The notes under the pieces were generated by a model that was not told where the DNA came from, searched no databases, and saw nothing but the letters and a program-made list of their open reading frames with translations. This document shows positions 9,441 to 17,857 of a stretch of 64,000 nucleotides of DNA, piece by piece. Made by a program: the position numbers and the translations under genes. The stretch covers positions 60,344 to 124,343 of the forward strand of contig DATGQE010000066.1 of NCBI GenBank assembly GCA_035304345.1, given 5' to 3'. Within the stretch, counting starts at the first letter, position 1; the number at the start of each line of letters is the position of its first letter. The stretch is from Woeseiaceae bacterium. Lineage in GTDB: Bacteria; Pseudomonadota; Gammaproteobacteria; Steroidobacterales; Woeseiaceae.

Positions 9441-9731
9441 ATGGACAAGCGAATCATCGGCGCCGCCGGCGCCCTGTTTCTCGTGCCCGCGACCGCGGCC
9501 GCTTACGTCGGCCCGGGCGCCGGCCTGTCGTTGCTCGGCGCGTTGTGGGCCCTGCTCGTGGCCCTCGGCACGGCGCTCCTGTTCATCATCGCCTGGCCGG
9601 TGCGGCGCATCCTCAGGCGCAAGCGCCAGGACAGGGCGCGCGCGGCGCGCGACCGGGAACGGGAACCGACCCGGGAAGAGGATACGGCGCACGGCGAAGG
9701 CGACGAGCCGCTGCCGTCGAAGCGGCCTTGA
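9441..9731 (+). CDS. Small membrane protein, unknown function
   Basis: Internal ATG at 9441 preceded by GGAAGGGA. The 96-aa product has two hydrophobic segments around a YVGPGAG motif, then a highly charged tail (RRILRRKRQDRARAARDREREPTREED). GC3 bias is consistent with coding. Confidence 0.5.
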   Translation: MDKRIIGAAGALFLVPATAAAYVGPGAGLSLLGALWALLVALGTALLFIIAWPVRRILRRKRQDRARAARDREREPTREEDTAHGEGDEPLPSKRP

Positions 9732-10453
9732 GCCGGGGCCTGTTCGACCTGCCTGCCCCGCTGTTCGACTGGGTCGACCGGCATCTTTTCGCGTCCCTGC
9801 CCGCGGCGGCGGCGGTCGCGGTGTGGGCGCTGCTCGCGGGCGTCGCCACCCTGGAGCTCTACCGGCTGCTGTCGCCGCAGGCACGCATCGAGCGGCTGAA
9901 GCACGCCACGCGAGAAGCCCAGCAGCGACTGTCGGCGTACGACGGTGATCTCGACGGGGCCTGGCCCCTGATCAGGCGGCTGCTGGGCGTTTCGCTACAG
10001 CGCGTCGCCATAGTGCTCCCGGCGACGCTCGTGGCCGCCTACCCGGTGATCGCCGTGCTGGTGTGGGCGAGCAACACCTGGGGTCACCACTTCCCCGACG
10101 ACCCCGGCAGTGTCGCGGTCACGGCAGAGGCGCCCTTCGACGCGCGCTGGGTCGCCGCCGCCGGGGAGGCCCCACACGTGCAGGCGCGCACGCCGGGAGG
10201 CGAGCTGGTGCTCGACCGGCCCGTGGCCGTGCCCGTCACCGTCCTGCACAAGCGGGAATGGTGGAACTGGCTGGTGGGCAACCCGGCCGGCTACCTGCCG
10301 GCGGACGCGCCGGTCGAGCGCATCGACATCGACCTGCCGCGCCGCGAGCTGTTCGCGGCCGGGCCCGCGTGGCTGCGCGGCTGGGAAGCGGTGTTCATCC
10401 CCGTGCTGTTCGTGTCCGCGCTGGCGTACAAGGCCATCCGGCGCATTCACTGA
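9728..10453 (+). CDS. Membrane protein, unknown function
   Basis: TTG at 9728 overlaps the upstream stop (TTGA). There are about three TM segments, a predicted amphipathic/coiled stretch (SPQARIERLKHATREAQQRLSAY) and a soluble loop. I recognise no family and the start is uncertain. Confidence 0.5.
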   Translation: MSRGLFDLPAPLFDWVDRHLFASLPAAAAVAVWALLAGVATLELYRLLSPQARIERLKHATREAQQRLSAYDGDLDGAWPLIRRLLGVSLQRVAIVLPATLVAAYPVIAVLVWASNTWGHHFPDDPGSVAVTAEAPFDARWVAAAGEAPHVQARTPGGELVLDRPVAVPVTVLHKREWWNWLVGNPAGYLPADAPVERIDIDLPRRELFAAGPAWLRGWEAVFIPVLFVSALAYKAIRRIH

Positions 10454-10458
10454 CAGCG

Positions 10459-11589
10459 ATGTCGAGCACCTCGCGCACGGCCACCGAACGCAGGCTCAGC
10501 GTGGCGCGCTGGACCGATTTCCTGAGCGGCCTGCAGGAACGCCATCCCGCGTTCTGGATCCGCCTCGGCAATCTCGAGACCCGCATGCTGGGCGAGGACG
10601 TCGCGGGAGTGCCGATCGAGAAGCCGATCTGGGTCACCGGCCTCGCCCGTTCCGGCACGACGATCCTGCTCGAGCTCCTCGCCCGGCACCCGGCGCTCGT
10701 GACACACCGCTACCGCGACTTCCCGCCGGTGCTCACGCCGTGGCTGTGGAACTGGTTCGTCGATCGGGCCGCCACGCACGACGAGGAGCCGGCCGAGCGC
10801 GCACACGCCGACGGCATCCTGGTGACGCCGGAAAGCCCGGAGGCGTTCGAGGAAGTGATCTGGATCGCGTTCTTCCGGTCCCTGCACGATCCCCGTGCGA
10901 GTGCCGAGCTCACCGAGGAAACGGAAAATGCCGGGTTCGAGGACTTCTACCGCGACCACATGCGCAAGCTGCTCAGGCTGCGCGGCGGCCGCCGTTACCT
11001 CGCGAAGGGGAACTACAATCTCACCCGCCTGCGTTACCTGCTGAAGCTGTTCCCCGACGCGCGATTCGTGGTCCCGGTGCGCGAGCCCGTCGCGCACGTC
11101 GCCTCGCTCATGCGCCAGCACGCGCGCTTCGTCGAGGAGCACCGCCGGGACCGGCGCCTGCAGCGCCACATGAGCCGCAGCGGTCACTTCGAGTTCGGGC
11201 TCGACCGCAGGCCCGTCAACTGCGGCGACACGGCGGTCACGGAGCGGGTGCTCGAGCTGTGGGAGCAGGGACGCGAGGTCGAGGGATGGGCGTTGTACTG
11301 GAACGACGTGTACGGCCACCTGGCCGCCTCGCTCGACGCGCACCCCGCGCTCCGACGCGCCACCCTGGTCGTGAGCTACGAGGCGCTGTGCGCCGACCCG
11401 GGGCCCGTCATGCAGGCGGTGCTCGATCACTGCGAGCTGCCGCGGGAGGGTCCCGACCTCGTCGCGCTCGCCCGCGACGTCATCCGCCCGCCCTCGCCGC
11501 CGCGCCTGGCGCTCGACGGCGCCGCCGTCGCGCACATCCGGGCCGTGACCGGGGACGTCATGGCCGCCCTGGCGAGAGCGGCCGCGTGA
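10459..11589 (+). CDS. Sulfotransferase family protein (PAPS-dependent type, cytoplasmic)
   Basis: ATG at 10459, 5 nt after the upstream stop. It has a 5'-PSB-like loop (WVTGLARSGTTILLELL) and a 3'-PB-like R-x7-S (VREPVAHVASLMRQH). There is no signal peptide. Confidence 0.75.
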   Translation: MSSTSRTATERRLSVARWTDFLSGLQERHPAFWIRLGNLETRMLGEDVAGVPIEKPIWVTGLARSGTTILLELLARHPALVTHRYRDFPPVLTPWLWNWFVDRAATHDEEPAERAHADGILVTPESPEAFEEVIWIAFFRSLHDPRASAELTEETENAGFEDFYRDHMRKLLRLRGGRRYLAKGNYNLTRLRYLLKLFPDARFVVPVREPVAHVASLMRQHARFVEEHRRDRRLQRHMSRSGHFEFGLDRRPVNCGDTAVTERVLELWEQGREVEGWALYWNDVYGHLAASLDAHPALRRATLVVSYEALCADPGPVMQAVLDHCELPREGPDLVALARDVIRPPSPPRLALDGAAVAHIRAVTGDVMAALARAAA

Positions 11590-11700
11590 GCGGCCGGCCG
11601 GCGCGCCGGCGGTGCTAGAATGCGTTCCAGGCGTCGCGACGGCGCGACGCGCGCGGCAGCGGCGCCGGCCGCGTTGCCTGCAGACTCCGGGAGCACCGTT

Positions 11701-12192
11701 ATGGACACCGCGTGGATACAGGTTTTCGTGCTCACCCTGAGCGAATGCGTCGCTCCCAGCGGCAAGACCGTCTGCCAGGAGCAGGAAACGCAGTACGTGT
11801 TTTTCGACCGGCGCGACTGCGAGGCTGCGCTGCAGGCCTTCATCGAGTCGAAAGCGAACGACGAGACCGTGATCGTCAACCCGGATCGCTCGCGCTGCCT
11901 GCCGTCTGCCCGGCAGCGGGAAGTCTTCGCGACACTCGAGGAAGCGAACCAGCAGCTCGCGGACCTCGAGGGGTGGGGGATCTTGGCCCCAGGCCAGGAG
12001 CACGACCAGGCCGGCGGTGAGGCCGCCGATTCCAGCCGCATGGCGTATCTCGACCGGCTGCAGAGCCTGCCGGAATGCGACGCCCAGCGCTCGGTCACCC
12101 CCTGCAAGGTCGGCCAGATCATCGTGGAGGGCCCGCCGGAGCAACGGGAAATCCCGGTCTGGCGCAAGCAGGACCCGAAGCAGGACCATTAG
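11701..12192 (+). CDS. Hypothetical cysteine-containing protein
   Basis: ATG at 11701 with GGGAG 7 nt upstream. The 163-aa ORF has high GC3 and 6 Cys residues. I recognise no family. Confidence 0.45.
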   Translation: MDTAWIQVFVLTLSECVAPSGKTVCQEQETQYVFFDRRDCEAALQAFIESKANDETVIVNPDRSRCLPSARQREVFATLEEANQQLADLEGWGILAPGQEHDQAGGEAADSSRMAYLDRLQSLPECDAQRSVTPCKVGQIIVEGPPEQREIPVWRKQDPKQDH

Positions 12193-12236
12193 TCCGACGC
12201 GCCGCGCCGCCGGGCGGCCCGGCGCTGGCGGCGCGC

Positions 12237-12554
12237 TCAGCGGCTCGACAGCCGCAGGAGCAGGATGCCGGAGACGATCAGCGTCGCGGCAAGGATGCGC
12301 ACCGCGCTCGCCGATTCCCCGAGCACGACGATCCCGAGGACGAAGGCGCCGACGGCCCCGATTCCCGTCCACACCGTGTAGGCGGTGCCGAGCGGCAGCG
12401 ACTTCATCGAGGCCGCCAGCAACGCGAAGCTCGCGAGCATCGCCACCACCGTGACCGTCGACGGCCACGGTTTCGTGAAGCCGTTCGACAGCTTCATGAA
12501 GAAAGCCCAGACGACTTCCAGCACACCCGCGGCGAACAGCATTGCCCAGGCCAT
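12237..12554 (-). CDS. sugE: SMR-family transporter, SugE/Gdx-type (guanidinium/quaternary cation exporter)
   Basis: 105-aa protein with four TM helices. MAWAMLFAAGVLEVVWAFFMK contains the conserved membrane Glu. The layout is typical of SugE. Confidence 0.9.
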   Translation of the reverse strand: MAWAMLFAAGVLEVVWAFFMKLSNGFTKPWPSTVTVVAMLASFALLAASMKSLPLGTAYTVWTGIGAVGAFVLGIVVLGESASAVRILAATLIVSGILLLRLSSR

Positions 12555-12818
12555 ACGATCTCCTCGCTCGACAGGAGCGACCGGCACCGCGGTGCCGGCG
12601 CGCTCGAAACGCGACATCATAGCCGACATCCGTGCCGCGTCCGGCGGGCATGCATCGCCCGTTCGCGGGCGTCCGCGTCGCGTGAGCCGCGGCCGGGCGG
12701 GCGTTCGGGAAAACGGGTCACGCCGGCGGCACGGCGGGCCCGTGGCTCGATCGGGGATGGGGTCGCCGGCACGCGCGAGACGGCGCGAGCGGAATCGAAC
12801 CGGATCGTCAGCGCGGGG

Positions 12819-12913
<95 letters not shown>

Positions 12914-13023
12914 TCGATCACTCGCCGCCCGCGCGGACGGTCGCGCAGGCTGCGCTCCTGCGGCGAGGCGATGTGCGCTCCTGCGAGCGCGGCATTGTAC
13001 GCCATTCCCGGGCGCGCTGCCGG

Positions 13024-13326
13024 TCAGGAGTCGTCGGACCCGTCCTCGGCGCCGGCGGCCGGCTGCGCGGGCGGCTCCTCGACGCGGAAGCTCGGCGGCA
13101 GCTCCAGGCAGGGTGCGTTCGCCGCGCGCGGCGGGCGCGGGGAAGGTTCCGGGATGGTGAGCTCGCGCGACGGATTCAGGGGATCGAGCCCTTCCGGCAC
13201 CTCGATCCGCTTGCCGAGGCGGCTTTGCTCGTACGGCTGCAGCTCCTGGCACGCCGGTGTCCCGCCGCAGCCGCCCAGGATCGTCACCGATACCGCGACC
13301 GCGGCCAGCCTGAGGCCCCTCATCAT
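13024..13326 (-). CDS. Small lipoprotein in the dapA-downstream (BamC/NlpB) position
   Basis: 100-aa product. MMRGLRLAAVAVSVTILGGC carries a lipobox, followed by a Pro-rich, low-complexity mature part. Its ATG overlaps the dapA stop (ATGA). Confidence 0.6.
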   Translation of the reverse strand: MMRGLRLAAVAVSVTILGGCGGTPACQELQPYEQSRLGKRIEVPEGLDPLNPSRELTIPEPSPRPPRAANAPCLELPPSFRVEEPPAQPAAGAEDGSDDS

Positions 13327-14210
13327 CCCTGACCCGCCGCTATCCCCGCGTGCTCCAAGGCCGCCCGCGCCTGCTCGTGATACTGCGCGGCGAGCGGCGT
13401 CAGCGGCAGCCGTATGCCGCCACCGATCAGGCCCATCTCGGCCAGCATCCACTTGGCCGGGATCGGGTTCGATTCCAGGAACAGCGCTTCGTGCAACGGC
13501 CGGAGCTGCGCGTCCAGGGCCCTGGCGCGCTCGGTGTCGCCGGCGAGCTGCGCCCGGCACAGGTCCGCCATGAGCTTCGGCGCGACGTTGCCGGTCACCG
13601 TGACCACGCCGTGGCCGCCGAGCTCCATGAACTCGCGCGCCGTGAAATCGTCCCCGCTGTACAACCTGAAGTCCTCCGGCACCTGTGCCTTGATCCGGCG
13701 CAACCGCTCCATGTCACCCGTCGCTTCCTTGATGCCGAAGATGCGCGGATTCGTCGCAAGCCGTGCGACGGTTTCCGGCAGCATGTCCGCGACCGTGCGG
13801 CCGGGGACGTTGTAGAGCATGATGGGCTTGTCCACGGCCTCGGCGATGGCCGTGAAATGCCGGTAGATGCCCTCCTGCACCGGCTTGTTGTAGTACGGCA
13901 CCACCATCAGGTAGGCGTCGATGGCGGCCTTGCCGGCTTCCAGGGACAGCTCGATCGTCTGCTTCGTGGCGTTGGAGCCGGTTCCCGCGATGACCGGCAG
14001 CCGCCCGGCGACGATCTCGACGGCCCGGTGGATCAGCGTGGCGTGCTCCTGCTTCTCGAGGGTCGCCGACTCTCCCGTGGTCCCGGCAATGACGAGGCCG
14101 TCCGTCCCGGCGTCGACGTGGAACTCCACGAGTCGTTCGAGTGCCGCGTAGTCCACCCGGTTCTGCTCGTCGAACGGCGTGACCAGCGCCACCAGGCTGC
14201 CTGTAAACAC
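13323..14210 (-). CDS. dapA: 4-hydroxy-tetrahydrodipicolinate synthase
   Basis: GTG at 14210 with GAGGAA upstream. FTGSLVALVTPF, GTTGESATL and the active-site region FGIKEATG are typical DapA. Confidence 0.95.
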   Translation of the reverse strand: MFTGSLVALVTPFDEQNRVDYAALERLVEFHVDAGTDGLVIAGTTGESATLEKQEHATLIHRAVEIVAGRLPVIAGTGSNATKQTIELSLEAGKAAIDAYLMVVPYYNKPVQEGIYRHFTAIAEAVDKPIMLYNVPGRTVADMLPETVARLATNPRIFGIKEATGDMERLRRIKAQVPEDFRLYSGDDFTAREFMELGGHGVVTVTGNVAPKLMADLCRAQLAGDTERARALDAQLRPLHEALFLESNPIPAKWMLAEMGLIGGGIRLPLTPLAAQYHEQARAALEHAGIAAGQG

Positions 14211-14393
14211 ACGTATTCCTCGCCTCGGACAAGGCGGCGATGTTACTGTTCGCATTCCGGGGTGGCAAGGCAGCCACGGCCGCGTTTTGCCGTGCCCGCG
14301 GCGCGCACCCGCTTGAAACCGCCGGTACCGCCTGCATTTCGTCCCGACGATTCCACGGAAGGCGATACCGATCTTTAGGTGCATTCTCAATAA

Positions 14394-14924
14394 ATGAAGC
14401 AACTTATTGTTTTATCAGCAATTGGAACTAACCGTCCGGGCGTCGTCAACGACCTGAGCAAGCTGATCCTGGACTGCGGCGGCAACATCGAGGAGAGCCG
14501 CATGAGCGTGCTCGGCCAGGAGTTCGCGATGCTGTTGCTCATTTCCGGCAACTGGCACACGCTGACCCGGCTGGAATCCGAGCTCGACAAGCTTTCCGGG
14601 GAGCACGGGCTCACGGTCACCGTGCGCAAGACCTCGGCGCGCAGCGCCCGCACCGATTGCATGCCGTACGCCGTCGACGTCGTGGCGCTCGACCAGCCGG
14701 GCATCGTCTTCAACCTCGCGAGCTTCTTCTCCAGCCGTGACATCGACATCGAGGAGCTCGCCACGCGACGCTACGCCGCGGCCCACACCGGGGCGCCGAT
14801 GTTCTCCGTCCAGATGACCGTGAACATCCCGGCGACCGAGCACCTCGCGCAGCTCCGCGACGACTTCATGGACCTGTGCGATCACATGAACCTCGACGCG
14901 ATACTGGAGCCCGTGAAGTCATGA
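14394..14924 (+). CDS. gcvR: Glycine cleavage system transcriptional repressor (two ACT domains)
   Basis: 176-aa product. LSAIGTNRPGVVNDLSKLILDCGGNIEESRMSVLGQEF parallels E. coli GcvR. The dapA/gcvR-bcp synteny is conserved. Confidence 0.8.
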   Translation: MKQLIVLSAIGTNRPGVVNDLSKLILDCGGNIEESRMSVLGQEFAMLLLISGNWHTLTRLESELDKLSGEHGLTVTVRKTSARSARTDCMPYAVDVVALDQPGIVFNLASFFSSRDIDIEELATRRYAAAHTGAPMFSVQMTVNIPATEHLAQLRDDFMDLCDHMNLDAILEPVKS

Positions 14925-15406
14925 GCGAGACGGCGACCCGCAAGGCACCCGAGCTCGGGCGCGTGGTGAAGGACTTCAGGGCCGCAGCCACCGGGGGCAA
15001 GACGATCCGCCTGAAGGACCTGCGCGGCAGGAAGGTCGTGCTCTATTTCTACCCCAAGGACATGACGCCCGGCTGCACCAACGAAAGCCGGGATTTCCGC
15101 GACCTGCATGCCGAGTTCGAGCGGGCCGGTGCCGTGGTGCTCGGCGTCTCGCGCGACAGCCTCGAATCGCACGAGAAGTTCAAGGCGAAGCACGACCTGC
15201 CGTTCGAGCTCATCTCCGATCCGGAAGAGACGCTGTGCCGGCAGTTCGACGTGATCCGGCCGAAGGCGCTCTACGGCCGGAAGTTTTTGGGCGTGGAACG
15301 CAGCACGTTCCTGATCGACGGCGACGGCCGCCTGCGCCGCGAATGGCGCAAGGTCAGGGTGAAGGGCCACGCCCGGGAAGTGCTCGAGGCCGCCCGCGCG
15401 CTCTGA
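14921..15406 (+). CDS. bcp: Thioredoxin-dependent peroxiredoxin Bcp
   Basis: The ATG overlaps the gcvR stop (ATGA). It carries the YFYPKDMTPGCT peroxidatic Cys motif. Confidence 0.92.
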   Translation: MSETATRKAPELGRVVKDFRAAATGGKTIRLKDLRGRKVVLYFYPKDMTPGCTNESRDFRDLHAEFERAGAVVLGVSRDSLESHEKFKAKHDLPFELISDPEETLCRQFDVIRPKALYGRKFLGVERSTFLIDGDGRLRREWRKVRVKGHAREVLEAARAL

Positions 15407-15518
15407 GCGGAAAAGCCTTGCCCGACGGTCGCCTGGGCGCGTTGCCGGACCCTCCCCTGCCATCGGTTATCATGGGGAACGTTCCCGGCGGCCCGGAGTC
15501 CGAGCAGGCAGACCACCG

Positions 15519-17021
15519 ATGAGCACCAGCCTGAAATCGCGACTCGTTCCTGCCCTGCGCAGGTCGTGCCTGGCGTTCCTGGCAGCCGCGGGCATCGCCG
15601 TCGTCGGCACGCCGCCGCGTGCCCAGGTGAACCTGCCCGACATCGGCAGCCCCGCCGACGCGCTCCTGTCCAAGTCCGACGAAGCGATCCTCGGCCGCGA
15701 GATCATGCGCAGCATCCGCGCCAGCGGCATGCTGGTGGAGGACCCGATCGTCAACGAGTACATCAACGAGATCGGGCATCGCCTTGCCGCACAGGTCAAC
15801 CAGGGCGATCACCGCTTCACGTTCTTCGTCGTCGACGATCCGCACATCAATGCATTCGCCCTGCCGGGCGGCTACATCGGCGTGCACACGGCACTGCTGG
15901 AAGCGACGCGCAGCGAGGACGAGCTTGCAGGGGTCCTCGCGCACGAGATCGCGCACGTGACCCAGCGCCACATCGCGCGCGCGCTGCACGCGAACCAGCG
16001 ACAGAGCATCCTGTCGACCGCCATCATGCTCGGTGCGATCCTGGCGGGTGCCGCGTCCGGGAGCGGCGACGCCATGCAGGGTGCGATCGCGGTGGCGCAG
16101 GGAACGGCCATCCAGCAGCGGATCAATTTCACCCGCGCTAACGAGTACGAAGCCGACCGGGTCGGGATCGCGGCGCTCGCGGATGCGGGCTTCGATCCGC
16201 AAGGCATGGCGTCCTTCTTCGAGGTGATCTCGGACAACACGCGCCCGGTCGAAGCGAGGGTGCCCGAGTTCCTGCGCACCCACCCCGTGAGCAGCGCCCG
16301 CATCGCGGAAGCGCGCAGCCGCGCACGTTCCTACCCGGTCGTCAACCAGCCGGACTCGCCCAGCTACGGGCTGGTGCGCTCGCGCCTCATGGTGGCACGC
16401 GCCAGGACGCCGGAGGAGGCCGTCGCGCTGTTCGAGCAGAAGCCGTACGAAGCGCAGACCGATGCCGAGCGCTATGGCCGCGCGATCGCGTACCAGCGGG
16501 CGGGCCGCCATGCCGAGGCGAACCGGATCTGCGAGGAGCTGACGAGCAAGGAGCAGGAGATCATCGCGTATCACATCTGCCTGGGCGAATCCCAGCTCGC
16601 CCTCGAGCAGATCGACGCGGCGCGTGCCACGTTCGAACGGGCATTGCAGCTCTTCCCGCGCAACGTGCCGCTGGTCGTCCACTACGCCGAAGCGCTGCTG
16701 CGGATGGGTGACGCGAAACGCGCACACAGCATCCTGCTCGATACGCTCAACAACGCGCCGGCCACCCCGGAGCAGGTTCGGCTGCTCGCGAGAACGGCGA
16801 TCGACGCCGGCGATGTCGCGGAAGCGCACTATTACATGGCCGAGTACAGTTTCATGACCGGCGACCTGGTGCAGGGAGTGAACTTCCTCCGCCAGGCGCT
16901 GCAGGCGCCCGACCTCAACGAGATACAGCGGATACGCTTCGAGGCTCGCATCAACTTCATTCGCGAGTTCATGTCGGAAGAGCAGTTGCAGCAGATGCAA
17001 CGCCACCGATCCATCGGGTAG
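15519..17021 (+). CDS. bepA: Beta-barrel assembly-enhancing protease (M48 peptidase with TPR domain)
   Basis: Has a signal peptide, the HEIAHV zinc motif, NAFALPGGYIGV and a C-terminal TPR-like region, as in YfgC/BepA. Confidence 0.85.
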   Translation: MSTSLKSRLVPALRRSCLAFLAAAGIAVVGTPPRAQVNLPDIGSPADALLSKSDEAILGREIMRSIRASGMLVEDPIVNEYINEIGHRLAAQVNQGDHRFTFFVVDDPHINAFALPGGYIGVHTALLEATRSEDELAGVLAHEIAHVTQRHIARALHANQRQSILSTAIMLGAILAGAASGSGDAMQGAIAVAQGTAIQQRINFTRANEYEADRVGIAALADAGFDPQGMASFFEVISDNTRPVEARVPEFLRTHPVSSARIAEARSRARSYPVVNQPDSPSYGLVRSRLMVARARTPEEAVALFEQKPYEAQTDAERYGRAIAYQRAGRHAEANRICEELTSKEQEIIAYHICLGESQLALEQIDAARATFERALQLFPRNVPLVVHYAEALLRMGDAKRAHSILLDTLNNAPATPEQVRLLARTAIDAGDVAEAHYYMAEYSFMTGDLVQGVNFLRQALQAPDLNEIQRIRFEARINFIREFMSEEQLQQMQRHRSIG

Positions 17022-17062
17022 GCATCGCACCTTTTCTTTCCACCGGACCGGAACAGGCATCC

Positions 17063-17827
17063 ATGCACGGATTGAATCGCACCCGCGCGCCCTGGATCGG
17101 GGCGTTCCTCCTGGCGGCCTTTTGCACCGCCGGTTGTGCCGCCGACATGCCGGCGAACGTCGAGCGCTCGGAGGCCGATCCCTGGGAACCGATGAACCGC
17201 CGCATCGACAGCTTCAACCAGCAGGTCGACCGGTACACTCTCAAGCCCATCGCGAAGGGCTACCAGAAGGTCGTGCCGGAGTTCATGCGCAAGGGGGTGA
17301 CGAACTTCTCCAGCAACCTGCGCGGACCGCTGCACATCATCAACAACTTCCTGCAGGGCGACGCCGGCGAAGGCTTCAGCGAGACCGGGCGCTTTTTCGT
17401 CAACAGCACGATCGGGGTGTTCGGCCTGTTCGACATCGCGAGCCGCATGGGCTTCCAGCGCTACGAGGAGGATTTCGGGCAGACGCTGGCCGTGTGGGGA
17501 GTCCCGTCCGGACCGTACGTCGTCGTGCCGTTCTACGGCCCGCAGACCCTGCGCGATGCGCTGGCCCTGCCGATCGACTTCCTCGCCGACCCGCTCTTCT
17601 ACTACGAGCACGACCGGTATCGCTACGCGCTGTTTGCGCTGCGGATGATCGACCTGCGTGCCCGCTTCCTCGGCGTCGAGTCGTTCATCGAGGATTCGTT
17701 CGACCGTTACATCGCGATGCGCGAGTCGTACCTGCAGCACCGCCGGTTCGAGGTGTACGACGGCGACCCGCCCGAGGACGAAGACTTCTACGACGATTAC
17801 CTGGACGACCTGCCCGACCCCGAGTAG
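17063..17827 (+). CDS. mlaA: Outer-membrane lipid asymmetry lipoprotein MlaA (VacJ)
   Basis: Has a lipobox (AAFCTAGC). DPWEPMNRRIDSFNQ and NSTIGVFGLFD are typical VacJ/MlaA motifs. Confidence 0.9.
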   Translation: MHGLNRTRAPWIGAFLLAAFCTAGCAADMPANVERSEADPWEPMNRRIDSFNQQVDRYTLKPIAKGYQKVVPEFMRKGVTNFSSNLRGPLHIINNFLQGDAGEGFSETGRFFVNSTIGVFGLFDIASRMGFQRYEEDFGQTLAVWGVPSGPYVVVPFYGPQTLRDALALPIDFLADPLFYYEHDRYRYALFALRMIDLRARFLGVESFIEDSFDRYIAMRESYLQHRRFEVYDGDPPEDEDFYDDYLDDLPDPE

Positions 17828-17857
17828 GCGGGCACCGCACGGACGTGGCAGGCGCGG

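Noticed and set aside
10447-12651. A 734-aa minus-strand ORF covering the sulfotransferase, the orphan ORF and sugE. Similar long antisense or out-of-frame ORFs include 2057-3379, 3903-5789, 5189-6748, 20022-22211, 22516-24264, 24911-26401, 30671-33178, 34027-35379, 39636-41966, 44214-46661, 47942-49825, 50286-52289, 53456-54967, 55266-57146 and 59821-62364.
   Set aside because: These are typical high-GC shadow ORFs. Their translations are dominated by R, A, G, P, D and H runs, they show no family motifs, and each lies opposite or out of frame to a gene with clear homology-type motifs and proper GC3 phasing.
12555-12700. A guanidine riboswitch (ykkC / mini-ykkC / ykkC-III) upstream of sugE.
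   Set aside because: The leader contains CCGGACG and two ACG-containing segments. However, I cannot form the paired ACGR-tetraloop hairpins of guanidine-II, nor the guanidine-III pseudoknot core, nor the guanidine-I consensus. Only generic GC hairpins are present. A covariance-model scan is needed before any call.
14211-14393. A lysine riboswitch (L-box) in the dapA leader.
   Set aside because: The 183-nt dapA/gcvR divergent region shows GC-rich hairpins but none of the L-box conserved junction sequences that I can recall. Proteobacterial dapA is usually not L-box controlled.
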